Below, one piece after another: positions 45,466 to 54,727 of a stretch of DNA of 64,000 nucleotides. Source of the stretch: Rhodothermales bacterium (GTDB lineage: Bacteria > Bacteroidota > Rhodothermia > Rhodothermales > VXPQ01); NCBI GenBank assembly GCA_040904565.1, contig JBBDTI010000054.1, forward strand, positions 32,001 to 96,000. Reading direction: 5' to 3'. Every line of letters begins with the position of its first letter. Positions within the stretch are counted from its first letter, which is position 1. The notes below the pieces were generated by a model. The model worked only from the letters and a program-made list of their open reading frames with translations, had not been told where the DNA came from and made no database searches. The position numbers and the translations under genes were made by a program.

Positions 45466-46218
45466 ATGAAATCAATCTATACTGCATGGCTACTTGCAGC
45501 CGCGCTGCTTCTTGGAACCGCCGTCGAGACCGCATCGGCGCAGGCCCCGGAGGGCTTCGAGTCCATTTTCAACGGGAGAAATTTCGACGGATGGCAGGTG
45601 CCTGAGGGCGACAACGGGCACTGGCGCGTCGTGAATGGCGCGATCGACTATGACGCTGAGAGTGAGGCCGAAGGAGATAAGAGCCTCTACACGGAAGACG
45701 AGTACGGGGATTACGTGCTGCTGATCGACTGGCGGATTAAGACCGTTGCGCCCTATACGAATCCGCGCGTCCCCATCATTCTGGGTGACGGGACGCACAA
45801 GAAGGATCAGGATGGAAACGATATGGTGATCTCCGTCCCGGACTCCGACTCCGGCATCATTCCGCGTGGGCACGGAAAGGCCCAGCACAATATCTGGAAC
45901 TGGCCGTACGGGTCGGGTGAGGTATATGGTTATCGGATGGATGACAACCAGCCGCCGGCGGTGCGCAGCGCGGCCGTGCCGCTCACCAACGCCGACAACG
46001 ACATCCGGGAATGGAATACGTCCGAGATCACCGTCCAGGGTCAATTCATGACGATCAGGATCAACGGTGAGCTGGTGATCGATCGCATTCACCTCAACGA
46101 GATTCCGGAAAGCGGACCCATCGGTTTGCAGCATCACGGTTCGAAGCGGGACGGTGAATGGGTCAGTCCGCCCTCCCTCGTTCAGTTCCGCAACATCTAC
46201 GTCAAGGATCTCGAATAG
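45466..46218 (+). CDS. DUF1080 (3-keto-disaccharide hydrolase family) exported protein
   Basis: Signal peptide, IFNGRNFDGW, DSGI, EWN, GPIGLQHHG, FRNIYVK. Confidence 0.9.
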   Translation: MKSIYTAWLLAAALLLGTAVETASAQAPEGFESIFNGRNFDGWQVPEGDNGHWRVVNGAIDYDAESEAEGDKSLYTEDEYGDYVLLIDWRIKTVAPYTNPRVPIILGDGTHKKDQDGNDMVISVPDSDSGIIPRGHGKAQHNIWNWPYGSGEVYGYRMDDNQPPAVRSAAVPLTNADNDIREWNTSEITVQGQFMTIRINGELVIDRIHLNEIPESGPIGLQHHGSKRDGEWVSPPSLVQFRNIYVKDLE

Positions 46219-46319
46219 CGCGGTGCGCAGGCGGGCGGTTCCGGCAGACCACCGGCACTGCCCGCAACGCGCATGCGCCTAGACGTTCCGGACTAATCGT
46301 GACCGGTTCACGTCCGTCT

Positions 46320-46889
46320 ATGATATCGTCATCGCCGTTCCAGGCGCTTATTTTCGATTGTGACGGGACGCTGGCCGACACGGCTCCGCTTCACTACGAT
46401 GCTCTCCTCGCGGCCTTCGCCGACGCCGGCGTCGAGTTTCCTCGATCGTGGTACCTCGAGCGCGTCGGGCTTTCCCGTCCCGCCTTCTTTAAGGAAGTCA
46501 GGGAGGTATTCGACGCCGAGATCGACGAGGAAGCGATCATGTCGAGGCACGAGCGGCATTTTCTCGGCACGGTGGCGGGCGTGGAGCCGATCGACCACAT
46601 CGTTTCCGTGGCGCGTACGTTTTCCGCATCCGTGCCGATGGCCGTCGCGTCCGGCGGGCAGCGACGGCACGTCCTCGCGACGCTTGAAGCACTCGATTTG
46701 ACGCACCTCTTCAGCACGATCGTGACGCTCGAGGACGTCGTGCGCGGGAAGCCTGCACCGGATCTGTTTCTTGAGGCGGCGCGCCGGCTCGACGTCGAGC
46801 CGGACGGATGCGTCGTCTATGAGGACAGTGAAGAAGGATTGTTGGCCGCCACCAGGGCAGGCATGCGCGCCGTGGACGTCCGCAGCTGA
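46320..46889 (+). CDS. HAD family phosphatase (beta-PGM/YqaB-like)
   Basis: FDCDGTL, VASGG, GKPAPD, YEDS..G. Confidence 0.9.
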   Translation: MISSSPFQALIFDCDGTLADTAPLHYDALLAAFADAGVEFPRSWYLERVGLSRPAFFKEVREVFDAEIDEEAIMSRHERHFLGTVAGVEPIDHIVSVARTFSASVPMAVASGGQRRHVLATLEALDLTHLFSTIVTLEDVVRGKPAPDLFLEAARRLDVEPDGCVVYEDSEEGLLAATRAGMRAVDVRS

Positions 46890-46959
46890 CGCCCCTCGCG
46901 CATTCCACGTGCCCCCTTCCGCAGCCGTCGACGCAAGGAACCTGCACCTTTTTGGATAT

Positions 46960-46972
46960 TAACAGTATGTTA
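46960..46972. promoter_or_regulatory. AT-rich inverted repeat upstream of the HlyD-VTC operon
   Basis: TAACA-gta-TGTTA within an AT-rich patch in a GC-rich background. Confidence 0.3.
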
Positions 46973-47184
46973 TCATTGCCGTATCAGCGGCTGTGTCAGA
47001 TAGGAAACGCCGGACGGTTCTTTTCGAGAGGAGGGACCGCTCGTCGATTTCATCGTGCAGGTTTATCGGCAGGCCCGGTTTAACCGGCCTTTTCCCCTAG
47101 TCGTGTACACGTCGTCGTATACAATCGTCGGGCCGTTGGGCGATCTTCGAAACGCTATCTCTAGCTTCTGCCTCTCCGTCGTAC

Positions 47185-48231
47185 ATGATCCGATTTGTGT
47201 TGAGCGTCGGGCTCGTCGCCGCGATCTGTGCGGGCATCCTTTTTCTGCCCGTGGATGTGCCGTATACGGTTTCGGGTAATGGCATCGTTATGCCGGCACA
47301 AGAATGGCTGATCGTGCGAGACGCGGGCGGGTCGATCGGAACGATGCTTCGAGACCACCTCGATGGAACCGTGCGCAGCGCCGATCTGCATCGTTTCGAA
47401 AGAGGGGATGTGGTACGGTATCGTCTCCATCCATCCATCGGAGCGCGAACGCCGATCTCGGAAGGTGATACGATCCTGACCATTCGGTCAAACGAGACGG
47501 AGCGCCGGATAGCGGCCCTGAGCGGTGATGTCGCGTCCGCCGAGTCGACCGTCTCCCTGCAGACCTCCGGGGAAAAGGAGCCCGTTGTCGTGCGTGCCGA
47601 ACGTAATCTGGCTCGTGTGATGGAGGAACTGGCGCAGGCACGCCGAGAGGTAAACCGTCTTGCGCCCCTTGCCGAACGGCGTGTCGTTGCGCAGCAGGAG
47701 CTGGATCTTGCCCAGAGCCGTGTGCAGGTGCTCGAGGCCGAGGTCGAGATGGCCAGAGCGGAGCTGGAGATGGTACGGACGGGCGCCAGAGACGAACAGG
47801 TGGACGTGGCGCGAAGCATCGCCGCCGCGCGCCGGCAGGAACTGGAAGCCCTCTCCGAACGCCGTGATATGCTGACGGTCCGCACACCGATCGGGGGCGT
47901 GGTCGTGCGTTCGTACGGTGCCGACACGCTGCTGACCGTACGCGACACGTCGTCCGCCGTCGCCGTCGTGCCGATTCCGGTGACGGACGCACGGTACGTA
48001 CGGGTGGGGCAGCCGGTCACGCTGGATATGCAGGACATGTCCGTTCGACTCGAGGGGCGTCTCGTGCGCATCGACGAGACGGTTCGTCGCCTCCAGGGAT
48101 CACAGGTTGTGATGGCCGTCGTGCGGGTAGACAGTCCAGTACGAGACACCATCGTCGGTGGTATCGTTCGCTGCACCATCTCGGCAGATTCCGTACGTCT
48201 GCTGGAGTACGCTCGCAGGAAAGTACAGTAG
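47185..48231 (+). CDS. HlyD-like periplasmic adaptor (membrane fusion protein)
   Basis: N-terminal TM segment, I.EGDTIL lipoyl half, long coiled-coil hairpin, VRTPIGGVV, VRVGQPV. Confidence 0.78.
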   Translation: MIRFVLSVGLVAAICAGILFLPVDVPYTVSGNGIVMPAQEWLIVRDAGGSIGTMLRDHLDGTVRSADLHRFERGDVVRYRLHPSIGARTPISEGDTILTIRSNETERRIAALSGDVASAESTVSLQTSGEKEPVVVRAERNLARVMEELAQARREVNRLAPLAERRVVAQQELDLAQSRVQVLEAEVEMARAELEMVRTGARDEQVDVARSIAAARRQELEALSERRDMLTVRTPIGGVVVRSYGADTLLTVRDTSSAVAVVPIPVTDARYVRVGQPVTLDMQDMSVRLEGRLVRIDETVRRLQGSQVVMAVVRVDSPVRDTIVGGIVRCTISADSVRLLEYARRKVQ

Positions 48232-48240
48232 TATCCTAGT

Positions 48241-49029
48241 ATGCGCGACGAATTCAAATATGTGCTGCCCGTGGACGCGCTGCCCGACGTACGTCGGGCC
48301 ATCGAGCCCTTTGTACGTCTGGACGAGCACGGCGTGGGCTTCGAGGAGGTGGGGTACGCCGTGCGCAGCATTTATCTCGACTCCGCCAGGCTGCGATTCT
48401 ACCACGAGAAGAGGGGGCATCTTCAGCACCGCAAGAAGATTCGAATCCGGGGATACAACGAGCCCGGGGTGGATCCTTCCGTCTTTCTGGAAATCAAGCG
48501 AAAATCGAATGCCGCCATCGCGAAAGAGCGGACGATGATGCCGTACGACGACCTGCTCGGGCTCATACAGACGGGACGGGTTGCGGCGCACATGGCTTCG
48601 TTATCGGTGGAAGACAGTGCCGTGGTTCGACGCGCCTTCTACCACATGTTCAAACACGACCTCCGGCCGACCTGTCTGGTCGTTTACGAGCGGGAGGCGT
48701 TCGAAGGGCGGTTCGACCGTACGTTTCGCATCACGCTGGACAGAAATCTGCGCGGCGTGATGTACCCGGATTGGCACGGGCTGTACGAGGAGGACGGCCT
48801 CGTCGATGCCTTGCCCGGATATTTTGTCATGGAGGTCAAGTTCGATATCCGCATGCCTGCCTGGATGCGTCAGGTCATCTCCGAGTTTGGGATCATGCAG
48901 CGGGCGCTGTCCAAATACTGTGTCTGCATCGACGCGTTCGAGCGACGAATCGATACGAAATCGGCCGTCCTGGCGTGTGCGCCGCCGATACGGACTGCCA
49001 CTCAGGTATCCGTCCACGTCACGGGTTGA
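48241..49029 (+). CDS. VTC-domain polyphosphate polymerase (CYTH/TTM fold)
   Basis: RDEFKY, VRSIYLDS, EK..RKKIRIRGY, FLEIKRK, KER, YEREAF, RITLDRNL, MEVKF, SKY. Confidence 0.92.
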   Translation: MRDEFKYVLPVDALPDVRRAIEPFVRLDEHGVGFEEVGYAVRSIYLDSARLRFYHEKRGHLQHRKKIRIRGYNEPGVDPSVFLEIKRKSNAAIAKERTMMPYDDLLGLIQTGRVAAHMASLSVEDSAVVRRAFYHMFKHDLRPTCLVVYEREAFEGRFDRTFRITLDRNLRGVMYPDWHGLYEEDGLVDALPGYFVMEVKFDIRMPAWMRQVISEFGIMQRALSKYCVCIDAFERRIDTKSAVLACAPPIRTATQVSVHVTG

Positions 49030-49039
49030 TAACGGAAGC

Positions 49040-49717
49040 ATGCTTCAAGACTTTCAGAATATATCGCTTCAGGCCGTGGATCTCGGCTTCATCCTGAGTG
49101 CCCTCGGGGTGTCGTTCGTATGTGGACTCGCGATCGCCGTGCTGTACCAGGTCACGTACAAAGGTTCGAGCTATTCACCGACCTTCGTGCGAGCGCTCAT
49201 CTTCATGGCCATGATTACGGCCATCGTCATGCTGGCCATCGGCAACAACTTGGCCAGGGCGTTCGGACTCGTCGGTGCCATGTCGATTATCCGTTTCCGA
49301 ACCGCCGTCAAGGACCCGCAGGATATCGTGTTCGTGTTTTTCGCCCTGGCGACGGGCCTGGCTGCAGGCGTGGGCATGTTCATGGTCGCCATCGTCGGTA
49401 CGACGGTAATCGGAACCGTCGTGGCCCTGGCGTCCGGGACCGATTTCGGCGTGAAGAACCGCCAGTCCTTTCTCATGCAGCTGACGTACGATGCGCCGAA
49501 GCACAACGGGGAGGCATCGTACCTGCCAATCCTCGAGAGGTATTGCAAAAAGCACGACCTCGTGAACGCCAAGAGCGCTCAGGGTGGGGACGTGCTCGAC
49601 CTTACATTTTTCGTGAAGCTGCGCCGCGACGATCAGCTTGAGGCGTTCACGCGCGATCTAGGGGGCGCGGAGCACGTCCGTCACGTCAATGTCTTCTATG
49701 ACGAACAGGAGGCGTAA
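49040..49717 (+). CDS. DUF4956 membrane protein
   Basis: IGNNLARAFGLVGAMSIIRFRTAVKDP.DI.F.F signature, several TM segments, small C-terminal soluble domain. Confidence 0.92.
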   Translation: MLQDFQNISLQAVDLGFILSALGVSFVCGLAIAVLYQVTYKGSSYSPTFVRALIFMAMITAIVMLAIGNNLARAFGLVGAMSIIRFRTAVKDPQDIVFVFFALATGLAAGVGMFMVAIVGTTVIGTVVALASGTDFGVKNRQSFLMQLTYDAPKHNGEASYLPILERYCKKHDLVNAKSAQGGDVLDLTFFVKLRRDDQLEAFTRDLGGAEHVRHVNVFYDEQEA

Positions 49718-49721
49718 CACC

Positions 49722-52700
49722 CTATCGTACGAAGGTCACCGTGCGCGTCACGCTGAACGATCGACCCGTCGCCCGCAGCAGGTAGATGCCGCTCGCGAGG
49801 CCCGCACCGTCGACCGTGATGGTGTGGAGGGCCCCTTCCGAAACAGAGCCGTCGTAGAGTACGCGCAGCCGGCGGCCCAGCATGTCGTACAGTTCTACGC
49901 GCACGGGCTGCGTCTCACTCACCGTCAGCACGCTTTCGGCGCGGGTCTGGGCCGGGTTCGGATATACGGATGTAAGTGCGTTGTCCCCACTCGGTACGGG
50001 CTCGGGCTCCGGTTCCGCGGGAGCCGCGTAGAGCACGAACGGCCGCGGCATGGCGCGCCACGCCGCCGGGTCGTCGCTGTAGGATGAGACCTCGAGGCGA
50101 AAGAGCGAGGATCCGCCGCCGTCGGCCGGCTCCGGCCAGGGCGAGGCATCGCCGAACGTGACGCGTTCTTCAAGCGTTTCCGGAATGAAGTCGGGATCGT
50201 CCGCGGGGGGCTCGTCCGGCCGGTTTAACTCCAGCATTTCTCCGTCATTGGCCAGACGGCCCTCCCATCCACCCACCAGGAGCGCGTCCCGGGTCCATCC
50301 ATAAGCCGCCCGGAACGTCTCCGCTTTCTCCGGGGCGTTCTGAGGGTCGAAGGCGACGACGAAGAGGCTGTCGCCGGCACCCAGGATCAGTCCGTCAGGG
50401 AACGTGAAGTCGACGGCTTCTCGGACGGTCCACGCCGTCAAGTCTTCGGGCTCCGCGCCGGCGTTGTAGATCCCCACGTATTCCAGGTTTTCGTTATTAC
50501 CGGGCGGATGGTACATGATTTCGCGCACGACGACGGAACCGACGCGCGGCGCGGCATTGGCTCGCCCCAGCGTGATTTCCGACAGCGGAGCCAGACGGCC
50601 GCTCCCGTCCAAACGTCTTCCCAGGGATTCTCCGTTGCGGGCCGGTCCGAAAACGACGTGATCCGCGAAACGCACGGGGCGGCCGTCGGCATCGGTTTCC
50701 ACCAGCCAGACTTCTTCACCGCGTGCGCCGTCGAGGGCGAAGTCGTTCTCCGAGCCGGACGCATTGAAGTCGGACTCATTGAAGACGATGAAGTCGCCCG
50801 GCTCGATCGTCGTGCCGTCCGGTATGTGGTACTTGTCGAACGGCAGGCCGTCGCTGAGGAACCAGCCGCTTATATCGACGGGTTCCGTCGAAGTGTTGTA
50901 GAGCTCCACGGCATCCGTCTCGGGAGGGTCCGTGTGCGACAGGATCTCGTTTACTACGACATCTACCGCGACATCCTTCCCGGTGAATGGCCCGGCGATT
51001 CCGGGCGAACCATGGTATTCGGCGCTCGCCAGCCACATCTCCGCCCGATCCGCTTCCCGAGCATGCAGGACCGGTTCTTCCGTAAGAACGAGCGAGCTGC
51101 CGGCGCCGTCCGCGCGCGACGGCCACGCTCCTCCGTCGCCATAGTCGACCGTAAAGACGATCTCACCGCTGCGGTCTGCCAGCGTAACCCGCTCCCCGCC
51201 GTTGCTCAGACGTCCGTCCTCGAAGACGCCCCCGATCTGGATGTCTGTACCGAACCGGGCTCGAAAGGCGGTGGAGTCAGACACGAGAACGGTGCGGGCG
51301 TCCGAGGCCAGGGACGTCGACCCGAACGAGAAATCGATACCGTTCGTGAAGGAGAGTCCGGCCAAAGCCACGGCACGGTCGGAACGGTTATGCAGCTCGA
51401 TGAACTCGAAATCATCGCCGTCCACCATGCCCGCGGCCTGTTCGCCGGGTGTTGGATCGGGCGGATGGTAGTAGATCTCCGAGATTACCAGGGCGCCGGG
51501 CGTGGGAGCGGCGGTGTCGACGAAATATTCGGCGTCGCTGCGGGCGGACCATTCCCCCTCGTCGGACAGAAAGCGTGCGCTGACGGTCTGCCGTCCGGCG
51601 AGCGGCAGTGCTTCACCGTCGTATTCGACGGCTGCACCTGAGACCGCACCGCCCAGCAGGCGTGGGTCGCTGCCGTCCAGCGTATAGTAGACGGATCCAC
51701 CTGACGGTGCGTCGAGCGTAACCTGGTCGCTGCCGGAAATCTCGCCGCCGTCGTGGCTGAACGCGGGTGCGTCGACGGACGGATACAGGGGGGCGGGCGT
51801 GGTGCCCGCGCCCGACTCACCGCGCACGAATCGTTGGGCCGTCTGGAGCTGTTCGAGCAATACGTCACGTCGGGCGGGGAGAATGCCGTTTCGAAGCCGG
51901 GCCACCTCCGTTTTCCAGTCCGCCAGCCCTCTCGGCGGTTCACGTTTCGCGTCGCCCCAGCGCGCCGATTCACTGATCAGCACGTCTTCGATCTCCGCCT
52001 TTCGCGTATCCATGCGGGCGACGCTCGGTGACGTCGTCATAGCACCGCCGTCGAACAGATGCCGATGCGCGAAGTCGGCGAAGCGGAACCGGTATTCCGG
52101 CGAGCCCATTAATTGCTGGTGGATCCACTGCGGGTTGCTGAACCGAAACTGATCTCCGGCGGGGAACGGTCCGGTCCGGTCGATCGACGGATCCAACAAC
52201 GCGTGCTCGCTGTCGTGCGCGAACCACTTGAAACCATGATCGCCGGTCCGATCGCGGTATCCGAAGAAATTGTTCGTACCCATGAACGGCGTGATCGGAG
52301 CGTCCGGATTGCCCGTCCAGAAAATGACGAGCATGTACTGGATCAGATTATCGGCGTCCAGCAAGACGGGATAGGAAGGATTGCCCGTTCCGTCGGGGTC
52401 GAGACCCTGGAGCCGCATATACCATGCATCGCGCTCTTCTTCGGACTCCGCGGCCGCGAGCGTGTTGACGCCGTTGTACAGATCACGCCAGGCGTCAACC
52501 TTGCCGGACGTCATTTCCATCTCGTACCCGTTGTCGAGTCCGGCCGACTTGACGACGTCGAAATCGTCGGCATTCCCCCCTATGTACGTGGCGCCATGAT
52601 GGTGGTCGGCACGTTCCTGCGTCTGAAAGAGCCCCCAGTACTGCCCGTTGATGTAGAGATGGTAGTACCGGCTGCGCGTATACGGAACGTCGATGTCTCG

Positions 52701-54665
52701 CTGCAGGTCTCGCGCAAATACGTCGCGCAGCATCGTGTTGCGCGCGTCGCCGGTAAACGCCCATGAGTAGTTCTGGCTGGTACGAAGATCGAATTTGTCG
52801 AACTCGTTCGCCCCTTCGTCGCCGAAGAGGGGATACGAGAGGAGCGGCTCCCCATACTCGCCCCGAAAGAAGATTCGAAACGCATGTTTCGGATTGGGAT
52901 CGTTGCGGCTCCAGCCGCCGCGAATTCTAATTCCGGCATTGGCCTGAAATCCGCTTCGGGGTCCGTGGTAGCTTTCGCCTCCCGTCGAGGCAGGAAAATC
53001 GCCCGGGTAAAACAGCTCGACCGAACCGGGCCGTTCCCAGTCGCGGCCGTAGCTGAGCGCGTTCGAATAGATGCCCCGCGTCGGTGAGAAGAGGGAATCG
53101 ACGTCCATCACGAGAGAGAAAGAGGGGATGCGGCCGAGCGCTTCAATAATATCGGCCTCGTTCCCGTCTACGACGTTCGGGTCCATGCCGTAATCGACGT
53201 GATTGCTGCCCCAGAAACCGGGCCATCCCTCTGGCGGCTGCCCCTCGGGCGACTGCGTCAGGACGTCGGCCGGAAAAAGATAGGTCTGGGTCACGACGCC
53301 GGATCGCTGCGCGCCTTCCTTGAAAGCGGCGGCGCGCACGACCGTCGTCTTTTCAATCCGAATGGGGTTCGTATAGGCTCGTCCGGTAGAATCCGTCGGC
53401 TCGCTCCCGTCCAGCGTGTAGCGAATGGTACTGCCGGACGTCTCGGGGAAAAGGAAGAGCGAGAAGGGCTCCTCGTAGAGGCCGTGGACGGCACTGTACG
53501 TAGGCTCATCCACAATCCCGCCGGCACCGGGAGCGTTGGGCTGCCCCGGCGTGGGCGTGGTGAAATACGTGACACCGTCGCCCGCGTGCCCGTACGAGAC
53601 GTCACCACGCTGCTCCGGATACGGCGCGAACTCGCTGACCACCACGCCGTCCGGGTCGACGAGCCCGAGGTACTCTCCGTCCTGGCTCAGGCTGAAATTT
53701 GTGTGGTACTCGCTATTTTCCAGAAATGACAGCTCCGGCGCGAGGCCGCGTCCGTCTGCCGCCGGAGCGTCTGTTTCGAACGTCAGAAAAGGGATGAGCG
53801 TCAGGTCGGACGATCCCTGATTCGCGTTGTGTACCTCGATTGCCAGAACGTTCGGCCCGGTCTGGAAGACGGACCCGGGGATGGAAATGTCGAACCGTTC
53901 CGGCGTTCCTCCCTGGTAGAGCACGGCTTCATGCAGGCCGTCCGCCGGCGTCTGATGGGTCGGATCGGTCGCTGACATGTTGCCTCGGGCGACTTCCAGT
54001 CCGTTGACATATGCGATGAACCCATCGTCATAATCGACGTGCAACAGGGCCTGTCGTATCGCGCTCGGGTCGTCTACCGTAAACGTCGTGCGCGCATAGA
54101 GCGCCATAATGCCGTCCTGCACGGACGTCTGGATGTCGGCTCCCCCCGAGCTGTTCTCATAGCCCAGGCTGCTCGGTCCCTCGTCCCACGACGAATCGTC
54201 GAAGTCCGCCGCGTACCAGTCCCCCGCAACGGATGCCGTTCCCGGATAGTATCGAAAGAGGTCTCCGCGCTGGACGATGCTGTTCCAGTTCGATGCGCCC
54301 GGCTGGCGATCCTTGCCGGAGGCGAAAACGACGAGATACTCGCCGGCCTGGAGTGTGGCGTCGGCGAAGGTCCATTGCGTTGGGTCCGACGCGTCGTCGG
54401 TCAGCGACCAGCCCGCAAGGTCGACGGCTTCGTCGGTCGGATTGTGCAGCTCGATCCAGTCGGAAAAGTCACCGTCCTCGTCCGCCAGTGTCGTGCCGTT
54501 CGAGGCCATGAACTCAGAGATGAACGGCAGGTCGCCGACTATCGCCGTGCCGTCGGTAACCACACCGTCGATCGACACGCCGTCCACCACCACGCGGTCG
54601 ATGACCGCGCCGCTGAGCGCCAGGAAGCCAAGAATAACTAGAAACAGGCGTGCGATTCGGAGCAT
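49722..54665 (-). CDS. CotH kinase family protein with lamin-tail domains, CHB_HEX/Fn3-associated domains and T9SS C-terminal domain
   Basis: Lamin-tail motifs ISEFMASN..DWIELHN, ISEIYYHP, VNEIL, VREIMYHP; two YTLDGS.P; CotH core RIRGG.SR, HLYINGQYWGL...ER, NN, HDSEH; CTD VYPNP..YDMLGR..LASGIYL. Confidence 0.88.
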   Translation of the reverse strand: MLRIARLFLVILGFLALSGAVIDRVVVDGVSIDGVVTDGTAIVGDLPFISEFMASNGTTLADEDGDFSDWIELHNPTDEAVDLAGWSLTDDASDPTQWTFADATLQAGEYLVVFASGKDRQPGASNWNSIVQRGDLFRYYPGTASVAGDWYAADFDDSSWDEGPSSLGYENSSGGADIQTSVQDGIMALYARTTFTVDDPSAIRQALLHVDYDDGFIAYVNGLEVARGNMSATDPTHQTPADGLHEAVLYQGGTPERFDISIPGSVFQTGPNVLAIEVHNANQGSSDLTLIPFLTFETDAPAADGRGLAPELSFLENSEYHTNFSLSQDGEYLGLVDPDGVVVSEFAPYPEQRGDVSYGHAGDGVTYFTTPTPGQPNAPGAGGIVDEPTYSAVHGLYEEPFSLFLFPETSGSTIRYTLDGSEPTDSTGRAYTNPIRIEKTTVVRAAAFKEGAQRSGVVTQTYLFPADVLTQSPEGQPPEGWPGFWGSNHVDYGMDPNVVDGNEADIIEALGRIPSFSLVMDVDSLFSPTRGIYSNALSYGRDWERPGSVELFYPGDFPASTGGESYHGPRSGFQANAGIRIRGGWSRNDPNPKHAFRIFFRGEYGEPLLSYPLFGDEGANEFDKFDLRTSQNYSWAFTGDARNTMLRDVFARDLQRDIDVPYTRSRYYHLYINGQYWGLFQTQERADHHHGATYIGGNADDFDVVKSAGLDNGYEMEMTSGKVDAWRDLYNGVNTLAAAESEEERDAWYMRLQGLDPDGTGNPSYPVLLDADNLIQYMLVIFWTGNPDAPITPFMGTNNFFGYRDRTGDHGFKWFAHDSEHALLDPSIDRTGPFPAGDQFRFSNPQWIHQQLMGSPEYRFRFADFAHRHLFDGGAMTTSPSVARMDTRKAEIEDVLISESARWGDAKREPPRGLADWKTEVARLRNGILPARRDVLLEQLQTAQRFVRGESGAGTTPAPLYPSVDAPAFSHDGGEISGSDQVTLDAPSGGSVYYTLDGSDPRLLGGAVSGAAVEYDGEALPLAGRQTVSARFLSDEGEWSARSDAEYFVDTAAPTPGALVISEIYYHPPDPTPGEQAAGMVDGDDFEFIELHNRSDRAVALAGLSFTNGIDFSFGSTSLASDARTVLVSDSTAFRARFGTDIQIGGVFEDGRLSNGGERVTLADRSGEIVFTVDYGDGGAWPSRADGAGSSLVLTEEPVLHAREADRAEMWLASAEYHGSPGIAGPFTGKDVAVDVVVNEILSHTDPPETDAVELYNTSTEPVDISGWFLSDGLPFDKYHIPDGTTIEPGDFIVFNESDFNASGSENDFALDGARGEEVWLVETDADGRPVRFADHVVFGPARNGESLGRRLDGSGRLAPLSEITLGRANAAPRVGSVVVREIMYHPPGNNENLEYVGIYNAGAEPEDLTAWTVREAVDFTFPDGLILGAGDSLFVVAFDPQNAPEKAETFRAAYGWTRDALLVGGWEGRLANDGEMLELNRPDEPPADDPDFIPETLEERVTFGDASPWPEPADGGGSSLFRLEVSSYSDDPAAWRAMPRPFVLYAAPAEPEPEPVPSGDNALTSVYPNPAQTRAESVLTVSETQPVRVELYDMLGRRLRVLYDGSVSEGALHTITVDGAGLASGIYLLRATGRSFSVTRTVTFVR

Positions 54666-54727
54666 GCGGATGGCTGACGGTTTAGAAAATCAGTCGGAAA
54701 GGCGGCGGTACATGCTCGCGCCGGACG

